DNA from: Candidatus Nanoarchaeia archaeon
Lineage (GTDB): Archaea; Nanobdellota; Nanobdellia; Pacearchaeales; GW2011-AR1
Direction of reading: 5' to 3'
Assembly: GCA_035283785.1 (NCBI GenBank)
Contig: DATETG010000015.1
Location: 1-57,734 of the forward strand
DNA length: 57,734 nt
Below, one piece after another: positions 8,675 through 17,460 of this stretch. Positions within the stretch are counted from its first letter, which is position 1; every line of letters starts with the position of its first letter. Below the pieces are notes generated by a model, which saw nothing but the letters and a program-made list of their open reading frames with translations, did no database searches and was not told the DNA's origin. The position numbers were made by a program, and so were the translations under genes.

Positions 8675-9298
8675 TTACAATTCATAATTTATTCTTAGGG
8701 TAAACTCTCTAAGTCTTTTTAATATCTGTTTAGAAGGAAAAACCCTTTCCATTTTAACTTTTCTACCATAGGAAAAAGCTACTGGCATAAAAAACTCGCC
8801 AAAGTCTCCTATTCTTCTTTTTCCATTAATCATGAAACAGGTTGTTACTAAATCGTGATTGTCTATACTGACGCCGAGAATTTTTTCCATATCTTTTGGG
8901 ACTTCACTATCTTTTACAGGTTCTCTCCATGATTTTTTCATACCCTCAACTAAATATTTTCCGCCTTCGGAAAAATCTTCACATATAATCCCAATAAAAT
9001 TTCTGTTATCATTTCTTAATACACCGTGAAATATAGGAAATTCAGATAGCAAGTGAGGGGCCTCTTTTTCTACTTTTGAAATCAAGGCCAAATCTCTGAC
9101 TACATTATCATCATAATAGCTTTCATTTGTTTTTAGCCCAATATATAATCGTTTATTTAATATTCTGGAATAATAATTTTCCAAGGAATTAAAAGTTGTT
9201 CCCCCATCGCTTCTGCCGATTAACTTACCAATTTTTAACTTTAATCCAGATTCTCTTATTTCCTTAAATATCTCTGCATTCCTGTCCAAATAATCCAT
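8675..9298 (-). CDS. Hypothetical protein, possibly an atypical Bud32/RIO-like kinase fold
   Basis: 207 aa, 15 nt downstream of topA on the same strand. IGRSDGGTTF (G-loop-like), IICEDFSEGG (hinge-like), NHDLVTTCFMINGKRRIGDFG (compare HGDLTTSN...IDFG of Bud32). The Asn of the catalytic loop is not conserved. Tentative. Confidence 0.35.
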   Translation of the reverse strand: MDYLDRNAEIFKEIRESGLKLKIGKLIGRSDGGTTFNSLENYYSRILNKRLYIGLKTNESYYDDNVVRDLALISKVEKEAPHLLSEFPIFHGVLRNDNRNFIGIICEDFSEGGKYLVEGMKKSWREPVKDSEVPKDMEKILGVSIDNHDLVTTCFMINGKRRIGDFGEFFMPVAFSYGRKVKMERVFPSKQILKRLREFTLRINYEL

Positions 9299-9313
9299 GA
9301 AAAATTGTTATCC

Positions 9314-11611
9314 CTATGATTTAAAAGAATTTTGGTTCTCAGCATCTTTTTTATAATCTTCAATTCTTTGGATATTTTTCTTGCAATTTGGATTGAAACA
9401 AAATTCCCAGGGGCGTTTTCCTTTCATTATCCTCAACAGCATCGGAAAACTGCAATCGTCGCAGTTCTTATCTGATTTTTTTATCAGTCCCGGAGGCAAC
9501 GAGTAAGTTTGTCTGCACTCAGGATATGCATTGCAGGCAACAAAATGCCTGCCTGTTTTTTTTGAATAATTTATTATCAAGCTCCCCTTTTTGCAAGTTT
9601 CACAAGGAAGAAGAGTATTCTCTTCTTTTCTTTGTTTGTTCATCTCAACATTTGCATTGAAAAGTTCTTCACCTATCTTCTTTTCATTATTAGAGAACTG
9701 GACAATTATTTCTCTTATTGAACCTTTTGCCTTTTCTATGATACCCCTCTCCTTTTTTTCAAAATCCTTTTTCGCCTCAAGAATTTCCTGTATCTGCTTC
9801 TCAAAATCCCGTGTCAATTTTTCGTCTATTATTATCGGTGAGTATTTTTCCAGAGAGTCTATCAAAGACATTCCCAGAGGAGTTGCCTCAATGCTCTTTT
9901 CCTTTATGTAATTCCTGTCATAGAGAGTTTCCAATATGTTTGTTCTTGTGGCTTTTGTTCCGAGGTTTCTCTTTTCCAATTCCGAGATTATTGACGCAGG
10001 AGAATATCTTCTTGGAGGAAGGGTCTGCTTTTCTTCCGTTCTTGTCTTGATGATTTCAAAATTCCCGTTTAAATCCTCAAGGAATTTTTCATTCATCTTA
10101 ACAGGATAGATTTCCATCCAGGCTTTCTTTCTTATTTCCATGCCTCTTAATATAAAGTTCATGCTGTTTATTCTCGCTGTTATTTTTTTGTTGTCGATTA
10201 TCGCATCCTCGCAAAACAATGACAAGAATCTTCTTACTATGAGGTTATAGATTTTTTCTTCGTCTTCAGACAAATTTTTCTCGGAACTCTGCCCTGTGGG
10301 ATAGATTGAAGGGTGGGCAGGATCTGTTTTTTTGCCCTCAACAGGAGTTTTTCTTGTCATTAATTTTTCAAAATGGTATTTTTTCGACAGCTTTTCAAGA
10401 ATCTCCCCGTAATTTATCGAAGGCGGAAGTTTTTGGCTTGATGTTCTTGGATATGAAATGACTCCTGCAAGATACAGGGATTGTGCGCTTTGAAGTGTTC
10501 TTGTCGGAGTGATGCCGTGCAATTTATACGCTTCTGTCTGCAAGGTTGTAAGATTAAACGGCGTATTTGGAGGGATTATTTGTTCTGATTTTGTTGTCTT
10601 CACTTCAGCCATCTTACCTGTTAAATCAGAGAACTTTTCCAACTCTGATTTTTTTGAGATGTCTTTATCGTGTTTTAGCTCAACCGCTTCTGAATTTTTT
10701 ATTGTTATGAAAGCCTGCCAGTATGTCTCAGATTTGAAATTACCTATCTGTTTTTCCCTTTCGACTATCATCTTTAGCGCCGGACCCTGAACACGGCCTA
10801 CAGACATTATCCTGAATTTTCCTATTGACTTTATTGCATTCATTATTGCCCTCGAGAAATTTATCCCATAAATCCAGTCGAGATAATGTCTGGTTTCTCC
10901 TGCAATTGCCTGGCCCCAGTTTATTGTTTTTGATTTCTCGTCATAACTTTCATTTAGTTCCTTTTCTGTAAGAGTAGAAAACTTCATCCTGTTTGCATCG
11001 GTTTGTCCGCAAACAAATCTCAGGATGTTGTATCCTATCACTTCTCCTTCGACATCGTAGTCTGTAGCTATTGTTATTTCTCCTGCATCTTTTACAAGCT
11101 TGGAAAGAGTGTCGTAATATTTTTTTGTAAAATCGCCTTTTTTTCTTGCCATGTAGTTGGGAACCCACTTTATTTCAAAAACAGGGACCTCACTTTTTCC
11201 GGAAGTTTGAGTTAATGTGAAAAGATGTCCCACCGCACATGCCACAACAATTCTTTTTCCATTCCTGTCGACTTCGTGATACGGGACCCCAAGATAATTC
11301 AACTTTCTGTACTCTCCCAGCGAAGAAGAAATTTTTGCCGCTGCCTGTGGTTTTTCAGTTATTATCAGTTCATAACCTTCTTTTTTCAAATTTATTTTTG
11401 GGACAGAAAAATCTTTTTTACTTGTTGGATTTACTTTTTTGTTCTTTCTGATATTTTTTGTTTTTCTTCTTTTTTTACCTATTTCCTCAGTTGTTTTTTC
11501 ATCAGATTCCTTTGTTTTTTTCTCAATTGCATGGATAACATCTCTTTCATCGATAGGGAAAAAATTCTCGGCGAGTTTTTCTTCTTTACTCTTTTTTGGT
11601 TTGCGTGGCAT
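9314..11611 (-). CDS. topA: DNA topoisomerase, type IA (TopA/Topo III-like) with C-terminal zinc ribbons
   Basis: Toprim LIITEKPQAAAKI ... ATDYDVEGE, catalytic-Tyr motif GVISYPRTSS, two C-terminal Cys4 ribbons (CETCKKG...CNAYPEC; CDDCSFP...CFNPNC), and a Lys-rich N-terminal extension. Confidence 0.85.
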   Translation of the reverse strand: MPRKPKKSKEEKLAENFFPIDERDVIHAIEKKTKESDEKTTEEIGKKRRKTKNIRKNKKVNPTSKKDFSVPKINLKKEGYELIITEKPQAAAKISSSLGEYRKLNYLGVPYHEVDRNGKRIVVACAVGHLFTLTQTSGKSEVPVFEIKWVPNYMARKKGDFTKKYYDTLSKLVKDAGEITIATDYDVEGEVIGYNILRFVCGQTDANRMKFSTLTEKELNESYDEKSKTINWGQAIAGETRHYLDWIYGINFSRAIMNAIKSIGKFRIMSVGRVQGPALKMIVEREKQIGNFKSETYWQAFITIKNSEAVELKHDKDISKKSELEKFSDLTGKMAEVKTTKSEQIIPPNTPFNLTTLQTEAYKLHGITPTRTLQSAQSLYLAGVISYPRTSSQKLPPSINYGEILEKLSKKYHFEKLMTRKTPVEGKKTDPAHPSIYPTGQSSEKNLSEDEEKIYNLIVRRFLSLFCEDAIIDNKKITARINSMNFILRGMEIRKKAWMEIYPVKMNEKFLEDLNGNFEIIKTRTEEKQTLPPRRYSPASIISELEKRNLGTKATRTNILETLYDRNYIKEKSIEATPLGMSLIDSLEKYSPIIIDEKLTRDFEKQIQEILEAKKDFEKKERGIIEKAKGSIREIIVQFSNNEKKIGEELFNANVEMNKQRKEENTLLPCETCKKGSLIINYSKKTGRHFVACNAYPECRQTYSLPPGLIKKSDKNCDDCSFPMLLRIMKGKRPWEFCFNPNCKKNIQRIEDYKKDAENQNSFKS

Positions 11612-11661
11612 TTTTCTATTCCAAGAACAAGGTTTTTAAGTTTTTAGAATTTTTTATATTA

Positions 11662-12183
11662 ATGATAGAATTAATCATATCAATCCTAATAGCTTTTTTC
11701 TCCATTTTATTGGTTTTATTTCTCGCCTTTTTTGTTTATCCTATTTTTTACGGGGCTCCATTTGAACCAACTTCAGATGAAACTTTGAAGAAGATAATCA
11801 AATTTTCAAAAATGAGAAAATCTGATAAGATTGTGGATCTTGGTTCGGGCAACGGCAAAGTGGTCATTGCATTTGCCAAAAAAGGTTTTGAGGCGCATGG
11901 AATCGAGATAAATCCTCTTCTTGTTTGGCATTCAAAAATGAGGATAAAAAAGCTTGGACTTCAAAAAAAAGCATTTATTCATTACGGAAGTTTTTGGAAT
12001 AAAAATCTGAAGAATTTTGATGTTGTTGTGACTTTTCAAATAAATTATGTGATGGGAAAACTTGAACGAAAACTAAAAGAGGAACTTAATCCAAACTCCA
12101 GAATAATTTCGAATACATGGAAATTTCCCAATTTAAAACTAATGAAACATGAAGGAGATGTTTATTTGTATGAAATTGATTAA
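11662..12183 (+). CDS. Membrane-anchored seven-beta-strand SAM methyltransferase, FAM173 (ATPSCKMT/ANTKMT)-like
   Basis: First ATG at 11662. One TM helix, then GAPFEPTSDETLKKII...KIVDLGSGNGKVVIAFAKKGFEAHGIEINPLLVWHSKMR...FDVVVTF...LERKLKEEL, which runs parallel to my recollection of human FAM173B (PFVPAT...[38 protein letters not shown]...SNVVIFG...LEKKLERELE). Confidence 0.6.
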   Translation: MIELIISILIAFFSILLVLFLAFFVYPIFYGAPFEPTSDETLKKIIKFSKMRKSDKIVDLGSGNGKVVIAFAKKGFEAHGIEINPLLVWHSKMRIKKLGLQKKAFIHYGSFWNKNLKNFDVVVTFQINYVMGKLERKLKEELNPNSRIISNTWKFPNLKLMKHEGDVYLYEID

Positions 12184-12563
12184 GGGGAGGTTATTGGCAA
12201 TTGTTTTTCTAAAAGATTGTAAAATTCACCATTTACTGTTACTACAATTCCTTTTGAGCTTAGATAATCTGCAACTCTATGACCATGTGTCTCCAATATC
12301 AATTTGCGATTTTCTTCATCACCCTTTGCTCTTGGGTCATAAAACCCATACCCTTTAACAAATATGTTACTTGTTGTAATCTCCCATATTCCTGATTTAA
12401 TTTTAACTTTGTAAGTATCATCATGGATTGATGCACTTGATGTATCTAATGATAAAACTACTCTTCTCACAAATACATTGGGAATAATATTTTTTGATGT
12501 TGCTCTTTCTATTACTTCATTAAAATTCCTAGGAATTCCGAACAGTTTGTATAGTAAACTCAT
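12180..12563 (-). CDS. Hypothetical protein
   Basis: ORF track; 127 aa; convergent 4-nt overlap with the methyltransferase; no motif recognised. Confidence 0.45.
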   Translation of the reverse strand: MSLLYKLFGIPRNFNEVIERATSKNIIPNVFVRRVVLSLDTSSASIHDDTYKVKIKSGIWEITTSNIFVKGYGFYDPRAKGDEENRKLILETHGHRVADYLSSKGIVVTVNGEFYNLLEKQLPITSP

Positions 12564-12602
12564 AAATTAAAGTCGAGAATTGTTCTTTTAAATTTTTGTA
12601 TA

Positions 12603-13217
12603 TTAAATCTCAAAAATTCTTCCTTTTCTGCTGACATTGATTGCCAGGGTTTTTCCAATTAATTCCTCTGTTCCTGCGGCTTCGTGTATGTGCGAGAAAA
12701 TTGCAATGTTCGGTTGGAGTTTTTCTATCATACTTCTTATGGCTTTTGATCCCGGAAAACCCGAAAATTCCGATTTGGTTCCTTGAGGATGCATGTGGGT
12801 GACCATCAATTTTTTCTCTAGATTTTTTATTTTATCGTGGCTTTTTTTAAGCAAGTCATAAATTTCTTTTTCACTTATTTGGTGAATACCTATATTTGCC
12901 CCGCCCACACCAAAAATTCCAAGATTGTCTTTTATGAAATGATGTCCGTGGATGTTTTTAGTATTGGGATAAAGCTCGGCAAGAAAATTTGCAGTTTCAA
13001 CCGACTCATGGTTTCCCGGGATCAAGAGAACTTGCTTTTTCTTTTTTATAAAAGGGCCTACAATATTGTCTGTTGAACTTTCTGCAAATGTCAAATCTCC
13101 TGTCAAAATAACAAGATCTACATTTTCTCTCTCTGCTTTCTCAGCAAGGCGATTTATCAGCAATGAATCGCTGTGAAGGTCACCAACCGCGAGAATTTTT
13201 ATTTTTTTATCTTCCAT
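12603..13217 (-). CDS. Metallophosphoesterase (calcineurin-like)
   Basis: Motifs in canonical order: AVGDLHSD, LTGDL, GNHE, MHPQG / SHIHEA. Confidence 0.75.
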   Translation of the reverse strand: MEDKKIKILAVGDLHSDSLLINRLAEKAERENVDLVILTGDLTFAESSTDNIVGPFIKKKKQVLLIPGNHESVETANFLAELYPNTKNIHGHHFIKDNLGIFGVGGANIGIHQISEKEIYDLLKKSHDKIKNLEKKLMVTHMHPQGTKSEFSGFPGSKAIRSMIEKLQPNIAIFSHIHEAAGTEELIGKTLAINVSRKGRIFEI

Positions 13218-13247
13218 GGTAATTTAGAGAAAATTTAGTTAATAAAA

Positions 13248-13511
13248 CTAACACCTCATCGGGCGGTATGTTAACGAATTGAAACATACCTCTTCAGAAT
13301 TTTTAACTTCAGAGAAAAATTTTTCTGAGGAGTTTTTGGTACGTTCAATAATTTGCCTGTTAATTCTGGAGTAATCTAAATTCAATTGGCTTATTCCGTA
13401 TACTATTCCGGTGATAGCAATTATTGGCAATCCCCACTTGCCAGTATTTTTGAGTACTACTTGCAATTTTCGTTGCATTAGAGTGTATCTTTCTTCATCA
13501 CTTTTTTCCAT
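13248..13511 (-). CDS. Small membrane protein, hypothetical
   Basis: ORF track; one TM (WGLPIIAITGIVYGI); no family. Confidence 0.4.
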   Translation of the reverse strand: MEKSDEERYTLMQRKLQVVLKNTGKWGLPIIAITGIVYGISQLNLDYSRINRQIIERTKNSSEKFFSEVKNSEEVCFNSLTYRPMRC

Positions 13512-13637
13512 CAGAATTTTAATTTTATTTTATTTAAAAAACTTTTGCTTTTATCACTATTGCATAGTAATATAATTTTAATTTCCAAAAGATTTAAAAG
13601 GTATATATTTTGTGATATATCTATCATAACATATAAA

Positions 13638-13904
13638 ATGAAAGACAACTTTGATATCTTCTTTAGGAGAAAGCCGGCGATGATGCTGGTTTCATTGAAG
13701 AAGAATTCAAGAATGAGGTACGGCAGTATTTTGGCTAAGGAAGTTGATTGCACTTACAGCCACGCTGTAAAAATTTTGCAGATATTGGAAGATTTGCGAC
13801 TTGTTGTTTTCGAAAAAAAGGGGCGGATAAAAGTGATACAGCTAACTAAGAAAGGAAAAGAAGTTGCTGACGCTATTGAAGATATTCAACAACTTGTCAG
13901 ATAG
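13638..13904 (+). CDS. Winged-helix transcriptional regulator (ArsR/MarR-like)
   Basis: First ATG at 13638 (ORF track starts at TTG 13545). MRYGSILAKEVDCTYSHAVKILQILEDLRLVVFEKKGRIKVIQLTKKG is a typical HTH plus wing. Confidence 0.55.
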   Translation: MKDNFDIFFRRKPAMMLVSLKKNSRMRYGSILAKEVDCTYSHAVKILQILEDLRLVVFEKKGRIKVIQLTKKGKEVADAIEDIQQLVR

Positions 13905-14026
13905 TCGCCTGCCCCCGAAATGAATTAGATTAAAAGACATAATCGCAAATATCTGTTGCATTAAGATTTATAATTCCGGAACTTTTATACTGGACATTGT
14001 AAAAACAAATAAGAGATAATGGATTA

Positions 14027-14218
14027 ATGGTTCTTCAATACAAATTAAAACAAGATAAAAGGTGGAAGAAATATCCCGGAAAAGAGAATCTAAAAGAATC
14101 TCTTAGAAATTATAATTTTAGGCTTTTAAGCGAAAACAAGAAGAAGGTTCTTGCAGAAGGTTCTTATGACGAGGTAATGAAACGCTTCAGGCAGATCGAG
14201 TTCTTCAAGCACAAATAA
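14027..14218 (+). CDS. Small basic hypothetical protein
   Basis: 63-aa ORF between the wHTH gene and the paralog pair; no motif. Confidence 0.3.
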   Translation: MVLQYKLKQDKRWKKYPGKENLKESLRNYNFRLLSENKKKVLAEGSYDEVMKRFRQIEFFKHK

Positions 14219-14242
14219 TTGATATATAGTATTTTGTTTCAG

Positions 14243-14266
14243 AAAATTTTTAAATGAAACTTTCTC
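14243..14266 (+). promoter_or_regulatory. Conserved promoter block with TATA box (paralog A)
   Basis: AAAATTTTTAAATGAAACTTTCTC. The TATA ends 21 nt before the ATG at 14276. It is nearly identical to the block at 15285-15308. Confidence 0.55.
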
Positions 14267-14275
14267 AGCTTTAAA

Positions 14276-15274
14276 ATGGGAACCTATGTTAGCGACATTC
14301 CGGATGGTTTTATAGAGATTACCCTAAGCCAGAGAGCCCAGGGTTATATGAACCATTCCTTTAAGGATGTTGATTTAAATTTGTATAGAGAGAATCTTAG
14401 AGAATCTCTGTTAAGATTAAAGATTGCTGAAGAAAGTGCAGGTTTGCCTATTCAAACAACTCATGGTGTTACAGGCCTTCCACGTCGCCTGTTCTTTGAT
14501 TCCCTTAGATTCAAACCAAGAACTATCAAGGCAAAATACGGGCTAACCAATGAAGATTTGTCTTTTGTCAGAGCGAAATTCGGAATAAAGTTCCATGATT
14601 ATGCTGAAAGGCTACCTCATGCAGATTATTGTAATCATATGTTAAATGACTTAAATTCCCCTGATTATACTGGCAGGGCCAGAGAATCTTTGGAGCGATT
14701 GCAAGAGATAGAAAAGATACTCGGTTTCCCACGCACTTTGTCTTTTGGGTTGATGGGCTTGCCGGCTTATCTTGTTCAAGTTAAAAATTTTCAAGGATAT
14801 AAATTCAAAACATTAAGAAGAGAATATTCTCTTCAGGATGATGATTTTTTGTTTCTAAGCGCGAAATATGGGATAGTGTGGGCGGAGCATGATTCATTTT
14901 TTGTTCCAGATTTTTATGAGACCATGGAAATGTTTTATCCTAGAGTGGGGTGGGCGGAGAGACGTGCGCAAGAAATGAGTAATCACAATAATCAAATTAA
15001 AATAAAAAAGAGAGGGGTGCCTTGGACTCCAGAAAGAAGAAAAGAACAATCCAAGATAATGAAAGAAAAATGGGCAAATCCTTTGTATGCTAATGAAAAA
15101 AGGAGAAAGCACTCCGAGATAATGAAAGAAAAATGGGCAAATCCAGATTTTGCTTTTGAGAGATCACAGAGAATTAGGGAATCTCTCACTCCGGAGATAA
15201 GAGCAAAACAATCAGAATCATTGCGAGCATATTGGGCAAGAAAAAAATCTTTAGAATTGAAGGCTGCGGAATAA
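14276..15274 (+). CDS. Repeat protein, paralog A: 2 x ~90-aa N-terminal modules + NUMOD3-like basic C-terminal repeats
   Basis: Internal duplication (LRLKIAEESAGLP...GLPRRLFF...KYGLTNEDLSFVRAKFGIKF versus LERLQEIEKILGFP...GLPAYLVQ...EYSLQDDDFLFLSAKYGIVW). C-terminal repeats WTPERRKEQSKIMKEKWANP / EKRRKHSEIMKEKWANP. Tail ARKKSLELKAAE is shared with paralog B. Confidence 0.6.
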   Translation: MGTYVSDIPDGFIEITLSQRAQGYMNHSFKDVDLNLYRENLRESLLRLKIAEESAGLPIQTTHGVTGLPRRLFFDSLRFKPRTIKAKYGLTNEDLSFVRAKFGIKFHDYAERLPHADYCNHMLNDLNSPDYTGRARESLERLQEIEKILGFPRTLSFGLMGLPAYLVQVKNFQGYKFKTLRREYSLQDDDFLFLSAKYGIVWAEHDSFFVPDFYETMEMFYPRVGWAERRAQEMSNHNNQIKIKKRGVPWTPERRKEQSKIMKEKWANPLYANEKRRKHSEIMKEKWANPDFAFERSQRIRESLTPEIRAKQSESLRAYWARKKSLELKAAE

Positions 15275-15284
15275 ACAAGCATGG

Positions 15285-15308
15285 AAAAAATTTTAAATGA
15301 AATTTCTC
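15285..15308 (+). promoter_or_regulatory. Conserved promoter block with TATA box (paralog B)
   Basis: AAAAAATTTTAAATGAAATTTCTC. The TATA ends 21 nt before the ATG at 15319, the same spacing as paralog A. Confidence 0.55.
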
Positions 15309-15318
15309 TGAATTTGAC

Positions 15319-16479
15319 ATGACTTTCTTCAGTAAAACTGCACTTGAAAAATACAGAGATTACAGAATCAATGATTTGAATTCAGACAGGTACAAGGATG
15401 AAAAAAGCAGAGGGATTATAACAAAACTTCAATCGCTTGAGAAACAAGTATGTAATGGATATGATTTTGGCTTGCCGTATCTTCTTTTGAGAAAAAATAA
15501 TCAAGTAAATGGGGAAAAAAGTATCGTAGAAGAATTAAATCTTAATGTAGAAGATTTATACTTCCTTATGGTTAAATACGGAGTAAGATTCAGCAATGCC
15601 CGATTTCCTTATGATCCTTTTAATTCGAGAAAGAAACTTCACATACCTAAAAGTTTGATAGACGAGGGAGATATCACCTCGGGAGCTATCAGGAGAATCA
15701 TTGAGGCATATGACATTATGGCTCCGCACGAAGATAATTATTCAAATTTGCTGATAGGGATATCGCAACGAACAAAAATCAATTCCGATGTTGTAGACAG
15801 ACTTCTCAAAAAATATCTTGAATCCGGTGATGATTTTTTGGAGAGAATTGAAGATTTCAGGGATTTAAGAATTTTAGGCATAGACTTAAGTGGATTTCAC
15901 GGAAAAGGAAGTAATAACACAAAAAAAATTGTTTTTGAGCTTCAAAAACTTGAAAAAAAATTGTGTAATGGATATGATTTTGGCTTGCCTTATTTTTTGT
16001 TGATAAAGAACAACATTGAAGGTAAGAGCTTAGAGAAATTTAAAACAGATTATAAATTGACACCAAGGAAATTAAACTTTATTTCATCTTATTTTAAAAT
16101 CAAATGGCTTAATAGATCAGAATTATTAATAAAATACTGGACTCCTGAAAAAAGAGAGGAACACTCTAAAAAACAAAAAGTATTCTGGGGTACTTCTGAA
16201 AAGAGAGCAGAGCAATCAAAAAAAGGAAAAATGAGTTGGACTCCTGAAAAAAGAAATAATCATTCTGTTGCAATTAGTAAAGCACATAGTACTTCTGAAG
16301 AAAGAATGAAACAATCTAAGAGGGCAAAAGTACGTTGGGATAGGCCCGGTAATAAAGAGGAGCTCTCTGAAAGATCAATCAAATACTGGAGAAAACCCGG
16401 TGTCAGAGAAAAACATTCCAAGATGGCAAAAGAAATGTGGGCAAGAAAAAAATCTCTCGAACTGAAGGTTGCGGAATAA
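15319..16479 (+). CDS. Repeat protein, paralog B: 2 x N-terminal modules + 5-6 NUMOD3-like basic repeats
   Basis: LQSLEKQVCNGYDFGLPYLLLRKNN and LQKLEKKLCNGYDFGLPYFLLIKNN (exact 26-nt repeat at 15451-15476 and 15964-15989). C-terminus WTPEKREEHSKKQKVFW / SEKRAEQSKKGKMSW / TPEKRNNHSVAISKAH / SEERMKQSKRAKVRW / GVREKHSKMAKEMW. Tail ARKKSLELKVAE. Confidence 0.6.
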   Translation: MTFFSKTALEKYRDYRINDLNSDRYKDEKSRGIITKLQSLEKQVCNGYDFGLPYLLLRKNNQVNGEKSIVEELNLNVEDLYFLMVKYGVRFSNARFPYDPFNSRKKLHIPKSLIDEGDITSGAIRRIIEAYDIMAPHEDNYSNLLIGISQRTKINSDVVDRLLKKYLESGDDFLERIEDFRDLRILGIDLSGFHGKGSNNTKKIVFELQKLEKKLCNGYDFGLPYFLLIKNNIEGKSLEKFKTDYKLTPRKLNFISSYFKIKWLNRSELLIKYWTPEKREEHSKKQKVFWGTSEKRAEQSKKGKMSWTPEKRNNHSVAISKAHSTSEERMKQSKRAKVRWDRPGNKEELSERSIKYWRKPGVREKHSKMAKEMWARKKSLELKVAE

Positions 16480-16484
16480 TTTTA

Positions 16485-17459
16485 TCACCAGAATTCCAGA
16501 ATTTTTTTAGCGACGCTTTCTGCGTCAATTCCTGCCTGCTTGTGAATGTAACTTCTGCTTCCCCCCTTGATGTTGGAGGCATTTTCAAAATAATATTTAT
16601 CTGGCATGGCAATAATCTCCAAGGGTTTTTTTGATTTTGACATTTTTCCAGCAATCATTTCTCCAATCCCTCCTGCTTGAAAATTTTCCTCAAGAGTCAT
16701 TATTCTTGGATATTTTCCCACTATTTCCCAGAAAGCTTCTTCATTAAATGGATTTATTCTAAAAATATCCGCAATTCCTATTTCCGATGGAAATTTAAGA
16801 CTTTCTTTTAGCATTTTTCTTGCTTCTAACGCAGTATGAGTTGTGTAGCCTGTTGAGAAAATGCAAACAGATTCTCCATTGCTATCAATTTCAGCAATTC
16901 CTTTTTCCGAAAAAGAATTGTCTCCGTGAATGTCAGGAAGGAATTGCCTATCTAATCTTATGTATCTTAATCCCGGGACTTCACAAGAAATTCTTGCAGC
17001 TTCCATTGCAGATTTTGAATCTGAAGGAGATAGTATTTCCATTCCTGCTATTCCTCTTGCCCAACCAGTCATTTCAGTCGTGTAATGCGTTGGTCCTCCT
17101 TCCCCGTAACCAAACCCACAACCAATTCCTATTATATTCATTGCAGGATAAATTCCTTTTTCATTTAATGATTGAAATCCTACTGCCGCAACTTTTGCTT
17201 GTTCCATTGCTCTTGTCATGACAAAAGAATCCATTGCATATGTCAAGACAATATTTCCTGTTTGAGCCATTCCTAGCCCCCAATTCATCATGGTTTGTTC
17301 TGAAATTCCCGTGTGGATAAATTGCTCAGGCAATTCTTCTCTGAATTTGTCCAATGCTATTGCCCCCAAATCTGCATTTAGAAATACGATTCTTTTATCA
17401 TTTTTTGCTCTTTCATAAACATAATCTATGAAAACGTCTCTTGGCAATTTGTCTGACAT
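16485..17459 (-). CDS. Transketolase, C-terminal (pyrimidine-binding) subunit
   Basis: HTGISEQTMMNWGLGMA, TYAMDSF and GGPTHYTTE motifs. About 320 aa. Starts 1 nt after the stop of the N-terminal subunit gene, the classic split archaeal/bacterial transketolase arrangement. Confidence 0.85.
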   Translation of the reverse strand: MSDKLPRDVFIDYVYERAKNDKRIVFLNADLGAIALDKFREELPEQFIHTGISEQTMMNWGLGMAQTGNIVLTYAMDSFVMTRAMEQAKVAAVGFQSLNEKGIYPAMNIIGIGCGFGYGEGGPTHYTTEMTGWARGIAGMEILSPSDSKSAMEAARISCEVPGLRYIRLDRQFLPDIHGDNSFSEKGIAEIDSNGESVCIFSTGYTTHTALEARKMLKESLKFPSEIGIADIFRINPFNEEAFWEIVGKYPRIMTLEENFQAGGIGEMIAGKMSKSKKPLEIIAMPDKYYFENASNIKGGSRSYIHKQAGIDAESVAKKILEFW

Positions 17460-17460
17460 T

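Noticed and set aside
9591-11647. Plus-strand ORFs (66-140 aa) opposite topA, including 11225..11647
   Set aside because: They are antisense to a full-length type IA topoisomerase. They are hydrophobic, F/S-rich, low-complexity translations typical of the AT-rich antisense strand.
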